A stretch of DNA of 46,259 nt from Candidatus Nomurabacteria bacterium (lineage in GTDB: Bacteria > Patescibacteriota > Minisyncoccia > Phycocordibacterales > UBA9973), in NCBI GenBank assembly GCA_903862255.1, contig CAIOXK010000024.1, positions 1 to 46,259 of the forward strand, in the 5' to 3' direction. Positions 1-9,722 of the stretch are shown here, one piece after another. The notes beneath the pieces were generated by a model. It ran no database searches. It saw nothing but the letters and a program-made list of their open reading frames with translations, and was not told where the DNA came from. How positions within the stretch are numbered: position 1 is the stretch's first letter; every line of letters starts with the position of its first letter. The translations under genes were made by a program, and so were the position numbers.

Positions 1-513
1 ACTAGACGCGATATTGTAGTCACCAAATGCAGTCGATGCTTCTCCAGAAGCAATATTATTTTCACCAAACGCAGCCGAAGCGAATCCAATATTGCTACTA
101 TCCCATTCAGTGTCATCTATACTCCCCGCTCGAAACGCGCTGGCACTTGGTATCCACATCATGCGTGTGCCAGCACCGAGGTCCGGGACAGCAATTCCTG
201 AGCCAGTCGTACCAGAGGCAATGATCGCACCGTCACCTTCGAGATCAAGTGCAGTAGCAGGAGTAGTGGTACCAATACCAACATTCCCTGTATCAAAGTA
301 TGTATTGTTGCCTGTTATAGTCCAAGGAGATACAGGCAAAGCTACATTACAATTTGCATCACCTGGTGCACAATCTGGATCGAGTGTTTCGCCGGGATTA
401 AATGGCTGCGTCGGAGGTGTCGCATAAGAAACAGTAATTGAAAATGCCACTAAAAATAAAATAGAAACACAGAAAGTGCTATGTTTTTTTAGAAACACCA
501 AAATACCTCGCAT
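1..513 (-). CDS. Secreted/surface adhesin-like protein with YadA-head-like repeats (N-terminal part; runs off window start)
   Basis: Not in ORF track; manual translation from ATG at 513 is open to position 1. MRGILVFLKKHSTFCVSILFLVAFSITVSYA (signal-like), then PFNPGETLDPDCAPGDANC, GNVGIGTTTP and repeats ASAAFGENNIASGEASTAFGDYNIAS. TGcTATAAT lies 8 nt upstream of the ATG. Confidence 0.75.
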   Translation of the reverse strand, partial: MRGILVFLKKHSTFCVSILFLVAFSITVSYATPPTQPFNPGETLDPDCAPGDANCNVALPVSPWTITGNNTYFDTGNVGIGTTTPATALDLEGDGAIIASGTTGSGIAVPDLGAGTRMMWIPSASAFRAGSIDDTEWDSSNIGFASAAFGENNIASGEASTAFGDYNIASS

Positions 514-569
514 GTACCAAAATTATAGCATGGCTGATACAGTAAATCCCAAGTAATCCCCATCTATAA

Positions 570-2273
570 CTATAATTCTTGTTCTTCTTGAACAATGATA
601 GGGCGCTGTTTCCAAAAACGGGAACGTACGGTTTCTATAAAGAGCGTGATATCTTCATTCTGCAATGCGCGCAACACTATGCCATACATTGCACCACCTA
701 CAGCAGTGGCAATTACTGCCTGTAGCAATACTCCTAGAAAATGTTCTTGCAAAATATCTCCACCAGTTAGTACCAACGTGCCGTAAGCAGCTGTTGCGGC
801 AATAATACCAGCCGCAATCATATGGCTAAGACTACGAGAAAGTTCTGCATTTTCTGACTTCAATCCTGGCATGATCTTTTTAAATGATTGCCATAGTGCA
901 TACGCATTAATACTTTCACCAATTGAAAAACCTAGAGCCAAAATTACAACGCTTGATCCAGTAGTACCATCAATTCGCATCAGATCATTTAAGAAATCAG
1001 CAAAGAAATTGTTGTAGCGATACATTGCAAGCAATCCAGCTACTGAACCGAGTGTTACCAACGTTGACCAACTATTAATAATCAATGGCGTCTTCGTATT
1101 GCCAATTGCAAAAAATGCGCGGACTAGTAATAGCTCTAAACATTGTGCGACAATTGAAATTGCAAACAACGCTACTGAAGCTGCTACTAATCGAGTATCG
1201 TTCCATGAAAATACGCCGGCACCAAGCAGTAGTCTTACAATGTGGGCACGTAATACAATCATTAACATCGAAGCAGGTACGCAAAAAAAGAAAATACTTC
1301 GTGTAGTGCGATGCAATACTTCCATCAGCTCTTTTTTTTCTCCAGCAGCAAACATACGTGTCATAGCTGGAAATGCAGCAACTGCATATGATACACCAAT
1401 AATTAACAGCGGTGTGTTTTCAATATTGTATGAAAACTGAAAAATAGAAATTGATCCTGCCGCCAACAATGATGCCATTGCACCAATAATAATAAAAGTA
1501 ATGTTATTGAGCGATGAACTCAGTGTACGTGGCAATGACAATGTCATTACTCTTTTAATAGTTGCCCAATCAATATTGAATGAGAATCGTGGCAATTTAC
1601 CGAGCTTAATCAATGTTGGCACCTGTACTGCAAAATATAATACAGCTCCAATTGCAACACCAAATACGACTCCGAGAATACCGAACCAGGGACGCAGTAT
1701 TACTATGCCTATTAAAATGCCAGCGTTATAAAGTAGTGGAGCAATAGCGAATGCAAAAAACTTTTTTTGCACCTGAGCAAAAGAACTTAATAAACTTGAG
1801 AGTCCAAAAAGAAATGGTGATAGCAACATTATTCGTGAATATAGTACGAGATGTGTATGCTCCGCACCACCAAAGCCTGGAGCAACAAGCTTCGTCAGCC
1901 ATGGCATTGCAATAATTAACAACAATGACAACATAGTCATTCCAATCATATAGACACTAAAAATACTGTCGAGAAAACGTCTGAATGCACCACTATGACC
2001 ATCTTGCTTTTCTTGTTCTACATACTGGGCAATAAATGGAATCAGTACTGTAACAGAAAATAACACGCCAAAAGAGTTGTACACAAAATCTGGAATACGA
2101 AATGCTGTGTAGTACGTATCAAGGTTTGCAGAAGGTCCAACAAGTGACGCTAATAAGTGATCTCGCAATAGTCCACATACTTGTGAAAGGAAAGAAAAAA
2201 CAGCAAGAACCAGGGCGGCCTGGTTCATGGTGAAAAGATCACGGTTCAAGAATTTAACTATTTTTGAAACCAT
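570..2273 (-). CDS. murJ: Lipid II flippase MurJ/MviN
   Basis: SQVCGLLRD, LDTYYTAFRIPDF and LLVRAFFAIGNTKTPL motifs; many hydrophobic TM segments. Confidence 0.92.
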   Translation of the reverse strand: MVSKIVKFLNRDLFTMNQAALVLAVFSFLSQVCGLLRDHLLASLVGPSANLDTYYTAFRIPDFVYNSFGVLFSVTVLIPFIAQYVEQEKQDGHSGAFRRFLDSIFSVYMIGMTMLSLLLIIAMPWLTKLVAPGFGGAEHTHLVLYSRIMLLSPFLFGLSSLLSSFAQVQKKFFAFAIAPLLYNAGILIGIVILRPWFGILGVVFGVAIGAVLYFAVQVPTLIKLGKLPRFSFNIDWATIKRVMTLSLPRTLSSSLNNITFIIIGAMASLLAAGSISIFQFSYNIENTPLLIIGVSYAVAAFPAMTRMFAAGEKKELMEVLHRTTRSIFFFCVPASMLMIVLRAHIVRLLLGAGVFSWNDTRLVAASVALFAISIVAQCLELLLVRAFFAIGNTKTPLIINSWSTLVTLGSVAGLLAMYRYNNFFADFLNDLMRIDGTTGSSVVILALGFSIGESINAYALWQSFKKIMPGLKSENAELSRSLSHMIAAGIIAATAAYGTLVLTGGDILQEHFLGVLLQAVIATAVGGAMYGIVLRALQNEDITLFIETVRSRFWKQRPIIVQEEQEL

Positions 2274-2282
2274 AGAACGTTA

Positions 2283-4640
2283 TTATTTTTTCTTTGCTGG
2301 AGCTTTTGCAGTCGTAGCAGGAACTGTAGCTGTCTCAATAGATGCAGCAGGACTACTTTGGATTCGTTGAATTTGCTCATCAACACCAGTTACTCGTGGG
2401 AATTTTGTTTTGAAGTCCTGCAATGCTGTAACCGCTGTATCTTTTTGACCACCTGCAATCAATGCGCTAATGTACTGCAAATAATTGTTTGGATTGGAGG
2501 GAGCAAGATCACGAGCTCGTGCATAAGCAGCGATAGCATTAGTATAATCTTTCTGTTGCAAATATACCTGTCCGAGTAACAGATACCCTTGATCATCATA
2601 TGGTGCGGCTTGTACATACGCTGTCAGATCATTTACTACAGCAGTAGTACTACCTCCAGATTGCTCAATTTGTGCCTTAAGTACATACGCGTCAAGATAG
2701 TCTGATTTCAACGCAATTGCCTGTGCAATATAATTAAATGCTGTACCAGTATCCTGTTTTGTAAGAGCTAACTGTGCTTGATTGAGTACAAATACAGGAT
2801 TATTAGGATTGCGCTTCTGTGCTTCATCTGCAGCAGATTTTGCATTGCTAAATGCTTGTGTATTCTGACTACTTGAAACTAGTTGATATACCTGACTTAA
2901 TGTTAACCAGTTATTTGCACTGTTTGGATCCCATGCTACTGCGCCCTGAGCACTTTGTTCTGCTTGAGAGAACACTGTTTGCAACTGACTTTTATCAGGA
3001 TTTTGCTGTCCAGCCAAACTAGTAAACTGATTAGTAAACAAAGCTGTGCCGGTGCGCCAATAAATATCATTCGGAGAAAGTGCAATTGCTCGCTCAAGTC
3101 GTGACTGAGCAGTATAACGATCAGTTGCGGCAATAGCGCGGTTGTAATAAATAATACTTGCAAAACGATTACCACTGAAATATACCGCTGAGAATCCTGC
3201 CATTGCAGCAACAACAATTGCCAAAATAGCGAAGAAGCTGGTACGAGGATCATCAAGGTAATGCAATGAAACTAATTTAGTTCTGCCGATCAAGGTCGAA
3301 ACACCCAATAATAGCCCAAGGTACATGAAGCCAAAAGTAATTAATACTAACCCTGGTGATGCAAATACAATCAAACAAATGAAGGCAACAAGCATAATTA
3401 CTGATGTCACTGCAATAAAGCGACTGAATCGGTCTGGGAATTGATAGTTAAAGAGTTTAAAGCCGTGAATTGCTGCAAAAATAAGCGCTACGACTAAGAA
3501 CAATACTGGCAAAATACCATTTGTAGTAAATATTGACTGAAGGAAGCTGTATCCTGTATCAAATGATGTATTCCAAAACACTGTGTTATTGATAGCTAGA
3601 GGATGATATAGATTCCACATGTCTGCATAACGTCCTGCACCTGCACCAAAAATTGGATCATGAGCAAGTGTTGCACGCATTACATGAGTAGTCGTTGTAA
3701 ATGATGGACGAATATCAGTAAAAGAAATTCCTGCGTAATGAGCTAGACTTGCACCAATTGAACCACTGCTCAAGAAGAAAAATAACCCGACCAATAACGC
3801 CACGAAAGACATGATTGGAAAACGTTGACTGTTTTGCTGTTCTTCTTCCTTTTCAGCTGGGACGCCGTCAGTATTTTTTACGAAGAAATTAGAGATTGAA
3901 CGTTCTACTGATGATTTGTATACGAACACTAGCAATGCAGAAACAATTGTAATAATCCAAGCAGCACTAAAATTCAAGAATACTAACACTATCAACGACA
4001 ATACCATTGCAACAAGTGAAAGAATACGGAAGAATCCCTTTGGCATTAATACTTCATACATTAACAATGCAAGAAGGAATGTGAAAATAACAAAGTATGC
4101 AAAATCAACCCATGAACCAACTAATGTACCCTGTGTTGAAACATGTGCAAGATATGTTGATACAAAATGCGTACGCTGTGTGATATACAAAATAACCTGT
4201 AAAAATACAGTCACTACTGATCCTGCAAATGCCGCAAGGAAAAGCTGTACGAGACGGCGTTGATCTCGAGCAAATGATGCAATCAAAAATGTAAACAGAC
4301 CAACAACTAATACTGTTGCAAATGAATCAACTGCAAACCCTCTACCCCAAAGTGAGATACTTGTATTCAAAGAAGTTAGCGCGCCGATAAATGCGAACAC
4401 TACCCATAATGCAATGAACAAAAATGTCCAATGCTTTGGGAATTTAAATGACCCCTCCAAAAACTGTGCGATTAACCAGAGAGAAAATGCTAGAAATACG
4501 CCAACATACAATACCACTGCCTTAGTTGCACCTAAACCACTTATTGTTGCCGGTAGGAAGAAAAATGGTAACAGAACGCAAAGACCAGTAATAATACTAA
4601 ATGATATTGTGTTGAATTTTCTAATGGTGTTTTGATACAT
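2283..4640 (-). CDS. Polytopic membrane protein, O-antigen ligase/Wzy_C-like, with C-terminal TPR repeats
   Basis: About 14 hydrophobic segments, a HDPIFGAGAGRY loop typical of the O-antigen ligase family, then TPR-like repeats (AIALSPND, GYLLLGQVYLQQKDYTNAIAAYARARDLAP). Confidence 0.7.
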   Translation of the reverse strand: MYQNTIRKFNTISFSIITGLCVLLPFFFLPATISGLGATKAVVLYVGVFLAFSLWLIAQFLEGSFKFPKHWTFLFIALWVVFAFIGALTSLNTSISLWGRGFAVDSFATVLVVGLFTFLIASFARDQRRLVQLFLAAFAGSVVTVFLQVILYITQRTHFVSTYLAHVSTQGTLVGSWVDFAYFVIFTFLLALLMYEVLMPKGFFRILSLVAMVLSLIVLVFLNFSAAWIITIVSALLVFVYKSSVERSISNFFVKNTDGVPAEKEEEQQNSQRFPIMSFVALLVGLFFFLSSGSIGASLAHYAGISFTDIRPSFTTTTHVMRATLAHDPIFGAGAGRYADMWNLYHPLAINNTVFWNTSFDTGYSFLQSIFTTNGILPVLFLVVALIFAAIHGFKLFNYQFPDRFSRFIAVTSVIMLVAFICLIVFASPGLVLITFGFMYLGLLLGVSTLIGRTKLVSLHYLDDPRTSFFAILAIVVAAMAGFSAVYFSGNRFASIIYYNRAIAATDRYTAQSRLERAIALSPNDIYWRTGTALFTNQFTSLAGQQNPDKSQLQTVFSQAEQSAQGAVAWDPNSANNWLTLSQVYQLVSSSQNTQAFSNAKSAADEAQKRNPNNPVFVLNQAQLALTKQDTGTAFNYIAQAIALKSDYLDAYVLKAQIEQSGGSTTAVVNDLTAYVQAAPYDDQGYLLLGQVYLQQKDYTNAIAAYARARDLAPSNPNNYLQYISALIAGGQKDTAVTALQDFKTKFPRVTGVDEQIQRIQSSPAASIETATVPATTAKAPAKKK

Positions 4641-4680
4641 ATGTGTCTCTATAATACATTATTTTTTACTGCTAAAAAAG

Positions 4681-7149
4681 CTACTCTGCTACTACGATGT
4701 TAATAACCCTCCCAGGAACAACAATTATTTTTTTTACTGTCACGCCTTGGAGAAATTCCTTGATGCGAGGCAGAGAAAGCGCGGCAACTTCTATGTCCTC
4801 TTTTGAAGCATCTTTACTGAGAGTAATTTCTGCGCGAACTTTACCGTTTACTTGTACACCAATAGTTATTTCATCTTCTATTAAGAATTTCGGATTATAC
4901 TTTGGCCAGCCAGCGAGATGAATACTTTCAGCACCCTTCCATAACTCTTCAGCAATATGCGGAGCAAACGGTGCAAGTAATTGCAGGAATATTTGAAAAT
5001 CTTTTTCACCTACTCCATTTTTTTCAAATTCATTGAGACAAATCATTAGTGATGACACTGCCGTATTAAATGAAAATGATTGAATATCTTCTGTTACTTT
5101 TTTAATGGTCTTATGAAGAATTTTTGAAATAGTTTTTGTATCTGTGAGCTTGTCATTTAACCTCCATACTCGCTCAATAAAACGACGTGAGCCAATAATA
5201 CCTTCTGTACTCCATGGTAGATGTGACTCGAATGGGCCAAGAAACATTTCAAATACGCGTAACGAGTCAGCACCGTAAAGCTTCACGACGTCATCAGGAT
5301 TAATAACATTTCCCCACCGTTTCGACATCTTACGTCCGTCTGATCCACCAATCAGTCCTTGATTGCGCAATGCTTTGAACGGCTCTTTTGTTGGAACATA
5401 TCCCATATCATAAAGAAATTTGTGCCAGAAACGGCTATACAAAAGGTGACCAGTGGCATGCTCTGCCCCTCCGACATACATATCTACATCTTTCCAATAA
5501 TCAATTGCCTTTTCACCGGCAAAAGCTTTAGCGTTTGTAGGGTCCATATAGCGAAGGAAATACCATGAAGAACCAGCCCAACCCGGCATTGTATTAGTTT
5601 CATACCCTTCCTTCACCCAATCCTTCACACGAGACAATGGACTCTCACCATTACCTGATGGTTCGTATGATTTTACATTTGGTAATTGCAATGGTAATTG
5701 CTTTTCTTTCAATGGCACAATTAATCCATTTACTGCATGTCGCAATGGAATAGGCTCACCCCAATAGCGCTGACGTGCAAAAATAGCATCACGCATTTTG
5801 TATTTCGTAACAATACTTCCGCCTACTTTTTTTGTAATTTCGATTTTATCTACAAGTGGACGATCGATGATATTGAGTTTGTATTTTGTAGCGAAATTAA
5901 AATCGCGCTCGTCGTGCTGAGGCACGCCCATAACTGCACCAGTGCCGTAGTTTGCTAATACATAGTCAGCAATCCAGACAGGAACTTCTTCACCATTAGC
6001 AGGATTAACTGCAACAAGACCTTTTAACTGAACCCCGGTCTTTTCTTTGTCTGCACTAGTACGTTCATTTTCTTCTTTTTGGGCAACACTTTTGATATAT
6101 ATATCAACTTCTGACCAGTTTGAAATAACATTCTGCCATTCAGGTAAGAATGGATATTCGGGGGCAAGGACGATATATGTCACACCAAACAATGTATCGG
6201 CACGTGTAGTAAAAACAGTAACTTCAGCAAGTGAACCAGATGCTGTTTGTAAATTAAATGTTAATTCACTACCTTCACTTTTGCCTATCCAATTTTTCTG
6301 AATTTCCTTAATATTATTTGGCCAATCAAGGGGCTGTAGATCTTGCAATAAACGATCGGCATATGCAGTAATACGCATAAACCATTGGCGCATAGTTTTT
6401 TTGATTACAGGGAAGCCTCCACGTTCAGAAACAGGACCAGTCGGACCATCAACAATTTCATCGTTAGCCAAAACCGTACCAAGTTCTTCACACCAGTTTA
6501 CTTCAGCAAAACCTTCATACGCTAAACGGTACTGCATCAAAATATTCTGCTTTTCGATACTAGAAAATGCCTGCCATTCTTTGGCGGTAAATGTAGGAGT
6601 ATTACTATCAGTCACAGCTGCTACGGATTTTGTGCCACTTTTTTCAAAAAGTACTACAAGCTCTTCGATTGCACGAGCCTTGTTTTTCTTACTGTCATAC
6701 CAAGCATCATAGAGTTTCAAAAAAATCCATTGTGTCCATTTGTAATATTCAGGACGATGAGTAGATACTTCTCGTGACCAGTCATATGAAAATCCAATCA
6801 CTTCTAATTGTTTTTTGTATTGAGCAACCAATTTGTCAGTAAATGGCCCGGGGTGTTTCTTAGTTTGAATAGCATACTGTTCCGCTGGTAAGCCGAATGA
6901 GTCGAAACCCATTGGATGGAGCACATTAAAACCTTTCATACGATTCATGCGAGCATACACGTCACTTCCAATATATCCACGAGGATGACCTACATGCAGG
7001 CCAGCACCAGAAGGATATGGAAACATGTCTAAGATATACATTTTTTTCTTTTTATTAGGCTTATCGGTTTTGTATGTTCCTTGAGTTTCCCAATTTTTCT
7101 GCCACTTTTTCTCAATCTTGAGATGATTATACTGTGAGGATGCCTTCAT
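4681..7149 (-). CDS. leuS: Leucine--tRNA ligase
   Basis: MFPYPSGAGLHVGH (HIGH), FTTRADT editing domain, RQRYWGEPIP, KMSKR. Start placed at ATG 7149 because the ORF-track extension overlaps a terminator. Confidence 0.97.
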   Translation of the reverse strand: MKASSQYNHLKIEKKWQKNWETQGTYKTDKPNKKKKMYILDMFPYPSGAGLHVGHPRGYIGSDVYARMNRMKGFNVLHPMGFDSFGLPAEQYAIQTKKHPGPFTDKLVAQYKKQLEVIGFSYDWSREVSTHRPEYYKWTQWIFLKLYDAWYDSKKNKARAIEELVVLFEKSGTKSVAAVTDSNTPTFTAKEWQAFSSIEKQNILMQYRLAYEGFAEVNWCEELGTVLANDEIVDGPTGPVSERGGFPVIKKTMRQWFMRITAYADRLLQDLQPLDWPNNIKEIQKNWIGKSEGSELTFNLQTASGSLAEVTVFTTRADTLFGVTYIVLAPEYPFLPEWQNVISNWSEVDIYIKSVAQKEENERTSADKEKTGVQLKGLVAVNPANGEEVPVWIADYVLANYGTGAVMGVPQHDERDFNFATKYKLNIIDRPLVDKIEITKKVGGSIVTKYKMRDAIFARQRYWGEPIPLRHAVNGLIVPLKEKQLPLQLPNVKSYEPSGNGESPLSRVKDWVKEGYETNTMPGWAGSSWYFLRYMDPTNAKAFAGEKAIDYWKDVDMYVGGAEHATGHLLYSRFWHKFLYDMGYVPTKEPFKALRNQGLIGGSDGRKMSKRWGNVINPDDVVKLYGADSLRVFEMFLGPFESHLPWSTEGIIGSRRFIERVWRLNDKLTDTKTISKILHKTIKKVTEDIQSFSFNTAVSSLMICLNEFEKNGVGEKDFQIFLQLLAPFAPHIAEELWKGAESIHLAGWPKYNPKFLIEDEITIGVQVNGKVRAEITLSKDASKEDIEVAALSLPRIKEFLQGVTVKKIIVVPGRVINIVVAE

Positions 7150-7167
7150 ATATAGACATTTTTCCAC

Positions 7168-7200
7168 AAAAAAGCCTTTCAAGCAAATGAAAGGCTTTTT
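7168..7200. terminator. Intrinsic terminator-like hairpin
   Basis: AAAAAAGCCTTTCA-agcaaa-TGAAAGGCTTTTT just downstream of the 7216-7719 gene. Confidence 0.8.
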
Positions 7201-7215
7201 GACACAAACTGAGAA

Positions 7216-7719
7216 TTAAGCAAATTTTTTGATTGCCACCCAAATAAGCGTACCGAGTGCAATTGCTAGAATGAAAACTTTTATCAAACTATTAGCATCA
7301 GACCAGTATCGTACTGATGCAATAAATAGAGACAGTACCCCGCCCCATGAAAATGCTACTGAAAGCACAATGTTTACAAGCAATGATCCAGCAACAATAC
7401 TGAGTACACCAAGAACTACTAATGCAATAAATACGGTACGGTCATATTGCTTTTGTGCTGCTTGATATTCTTGCTGCTTGGTGAAAGTAGGGTCACAATA
7501 TCCTTCATCATATGCTGACCATTGGCCGCCGACTGCAATACAATCTTGTTCGTTTTTTATATTAGGAACAATCTGACTCTGTGGAATGTAGTTGTTGTAT
7601 TCAGGTGATTTGTATACAAGTGAAATTGCATAATTAAAAAATAAATTCATTACAATAACGATCCCAATAGTTAGAGACCATTTCATAAGACGCGAATGAT
7701 GTGTGGTATTGCGTTCCAT
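7216..7719 (-). CDS. Hypothetical 4-TM membrane protein with a Cys-pair loop
   Basis: N-terminal TM, loop containing CIAVGGQW...GYCDP, three C-terminal TMs; TATAAT 7 nt upstream of ATG. Confidence 0.75.
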   Translation of the reverse strand: MERNTTHHSRLMKWSLTIGIVIVMNLFFNYAISLVYKSPEYNNYIPQSQIVPNIKNEQDCIAVGGQWSAYDEGYCDPTFTKQQEYQAAQKQYDRTVFIALVVLGVLSIVAGSLLVNIVLSVAFSWGGVLSLFIASVRYWSDANSLIKVFILAIALGTLIWVAIKKFA

Positions 7720-7734
7720 AAGAGTAATTATACA

Positions 7735-8691
7735 TTATTCTGCCTTAACAACAGACTTCACAAACTCTTGCATACTTGCACCTACAGCATCTAGTGCAAC
7801 AAGAAATGGAGAGTTGTTTGTCAGATGAGGATGAGTATCGAGTTCGATGAACCAAGGCTTGCCCTTACCATCAACAATGAACTCACTCTGGGAGTAGTCC
7901 TTTGCACCAAAACGAACATGGAGTTGTTTCGCCAATCGCGCTAACACATCACGCTCACCAATAGTAAATCCCCCATTTAACCGAGCATACTCTTTGTCGC
8001 TCTGGCGGACCTCATGTGTCAAAACACCGCGCAAGGGTGACGCAACTTCAACAACAGGTAAGGTGTAATATTCTTGACCGCGAAAACCATCAATCACGCC
8101 GACAGCAGCTTCTCTGCCTTGGATGTATTGCTCTGCAATAAATGGCTGACCGTTAATAATACTTTCATCGACAAATTGAGAGAGTTCAAGCGGGGTAAAT
8201 GCAAAAAATGTTTGTACTGACCCGCCACCAACTAACGGCTTCAATACCCATGGTGGCGCCATTGTTTTATATATTTTTTGCGTAACTTCTGAAACTGATT
8301 CTCCACCTTCTGGAATTATTAATATTGAAGCCGGAGTAGCGATACCAAGACTTTTTGCTTCTTCTTTTGCATCCTGCTTATTAAATGCTAATTTTGCCGC
8401 TTGTGATAATGACCCAGTAAATGGAATATTAAAATGTTCAAATGCTTCTTGAAGTGCACCATCTTCGCCAAACGAACCGTGGAGGGCATTCCATACAGTA
8501 TCAACTTGGTCTTTCACATCCTGAAATTCAGTTGGAATACCTCTGATATGTAAGATACCATCTTTGTCGAGAAGCATGTCAACAGCTTCAAGACCTGCAT
8601 CATGTAATGCTTTTTGTACATTGGCACCTGTTTTTAATGACAGCGCATATTCAGGACTAACACCTCCACGAAGGATTCCAACTTTTTGCAT
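7735..8691 (-). CDS. ddl: D-Ala--D-Ala ligase family (ATP-grasp) protein, divergent active site
   Basis: GILRGGVSPEYALS, NALHGSFGEDG, IPFTGS, VLKP and EQYIQGRE motifs; C-terminal catalytic motifs altered (see findings). Confidence 0.8.
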   Translation of the reverse strand: MQKVGILRGGVSPEYALSLKTGANVQKALHDAGLEAVDMLLDKDGILHIRGIPTEFQDVKDQVDTVWNALHGSFGEDGALQEAFEHFNIPFTGSLSQAAKLAFNKQDAKEEAKSLGIATPASILIIPEGGESVSEVTQKIYKTMAPPWVLKPLVGGGSVQTFFAFTPLELSQFVDESIINGQPFIAEQYIQGREAAVGVIDGFRGQEYYTLPVVEVASPLRGVLTHEVRQSDKEYARLNGGFTIGERDVLARLAKQLHVRFGAKDYSQSEFIVDGKGKPWFIELDTHPHLTNNSPFLVALDAVGASMQEFVKSVVKAE

Positions 8692-8749
8692 GGGAATAGT
8701 ATAGCAAACCTTGCATTACAATTGCTATAAATAAAAAAGAATCATGCTG

Positions 8750-9691
8750 CTATACATGATTCTTGCCTTTCCATTTTTTAATTATCTCTGCCATACTTGC
8801 TGTTTTATATCGCCCCTTGATCAACCGTGCCCCGGCCCAAGCCATAGCGGTTAATTGTCGTGGCTGATATCCAGAAGATGCTGCAATAGATTCAAAATAA
8901 TATTCAATCAAATCGTATTCACATTTCCTACATTTCAAATAATACTTGCCAGTCTTTTTCCAGAGATACAATTTACCTAATTCACAAGCCTGCAATATCC
9001 ACGAATCAACTGTGACTGCTTGTATATCTCCTGATAACGCTTTGCCATGATTAATTACCTTGCGGCGACTCATCTTATCTTCAAAATATCCGCCCTCAAG
9101 CTCAATCAGCATGTTTTTGATATTAATAAAATAATCCAGTTCTTGAACTGAACGATTTGTATCGCAAAAACATTCATAGGCCTCAATTGCCATTATCAGA
9201 TTTGAGCCCGGATGGTTTTGCGGACTTGTGATTGCAAATATCTGAATAAACAACTCTATGTCGTATTGCGAAAACTCAGCAACAAATGCTGCATGTGTTT
9301 CTGCGTACCAATCTTTTTGACCAAGACCTCTGACAATACACTGCAATAACAAAATAGTATTGATGGGATATTTTTTATCTAGTTGTCGCAACTGATTATT
9401 TAGAGCAGGAAAATAATAGCGATAAATATCTTTGCCGCTAAAATGTTGCCAGCCAGTATAGATCATCCCGATAACAGTTTCTACAGTTATATTTTTATGC
9501 GAAATTTGCTGTGCCCAAAACCACAATTTTTCCCAGACAAATGTACTTCTATTCCGCAAAAATGAATCCTCGACAGATCGAAAAGCATATGGCGTATATA
9601 TTTGATTATTAAGCGAATACAATAAGTAGAATGGAACGTTGTTTTTTAATGACTTACCAGATAGCACTGGCTTCAGTTTTCTTATATCCAT
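8750..9691 (-). CDS. Hypothetical protein; C-terminal domain resembles HhH-GPD glycosylase-like DUF7178-type proteins
   Basis: 313-aa ORF with motifs KDWY, FAITSPQ..N, AVTVDSW and YQPRQLTAMAW. Family match is from recall, not from a search. Confidence 0.55.
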   Translation of the reverse strand: MDIRKLKPVLSGKSLKNNVPFYLLYSLNNQIYTPYAFRSVEDSFLRNRSTFVWEKLWFWAQQISHKNITVETVIGMIYTGWQHFSGKDIYRYYFPALNNQLRQLDKKYPINTILLLQCIVRGLGQKDWYAETHAAFVAEFSQYDIELFIQIFAITSPQNHPGSNLIMAIEAYECFCDTNRSVQELDYFINIKNMLIELEGGYFEDKMSRRKVINHGKALSGDIQAVTVDSWILQACELGKLYLWKKTGKYYLKCRKCEYDLIEYYFESIAASSGYQPRQLTAMAWAGARLIKGRYKTASMAEIIKKWKGKNHV

Positions 9692-9722
9692 TGTGCATAG
9701 TTTTGCTGACTATATCACAAGT

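Noticed and set aside
27..427. Plus-strand ORFs 27-224 and 92-427
   Set aside because: Antisense shadows of the minus-strand surface-protein frame 1-513, which has a promoter, signal and recognisable motifs.
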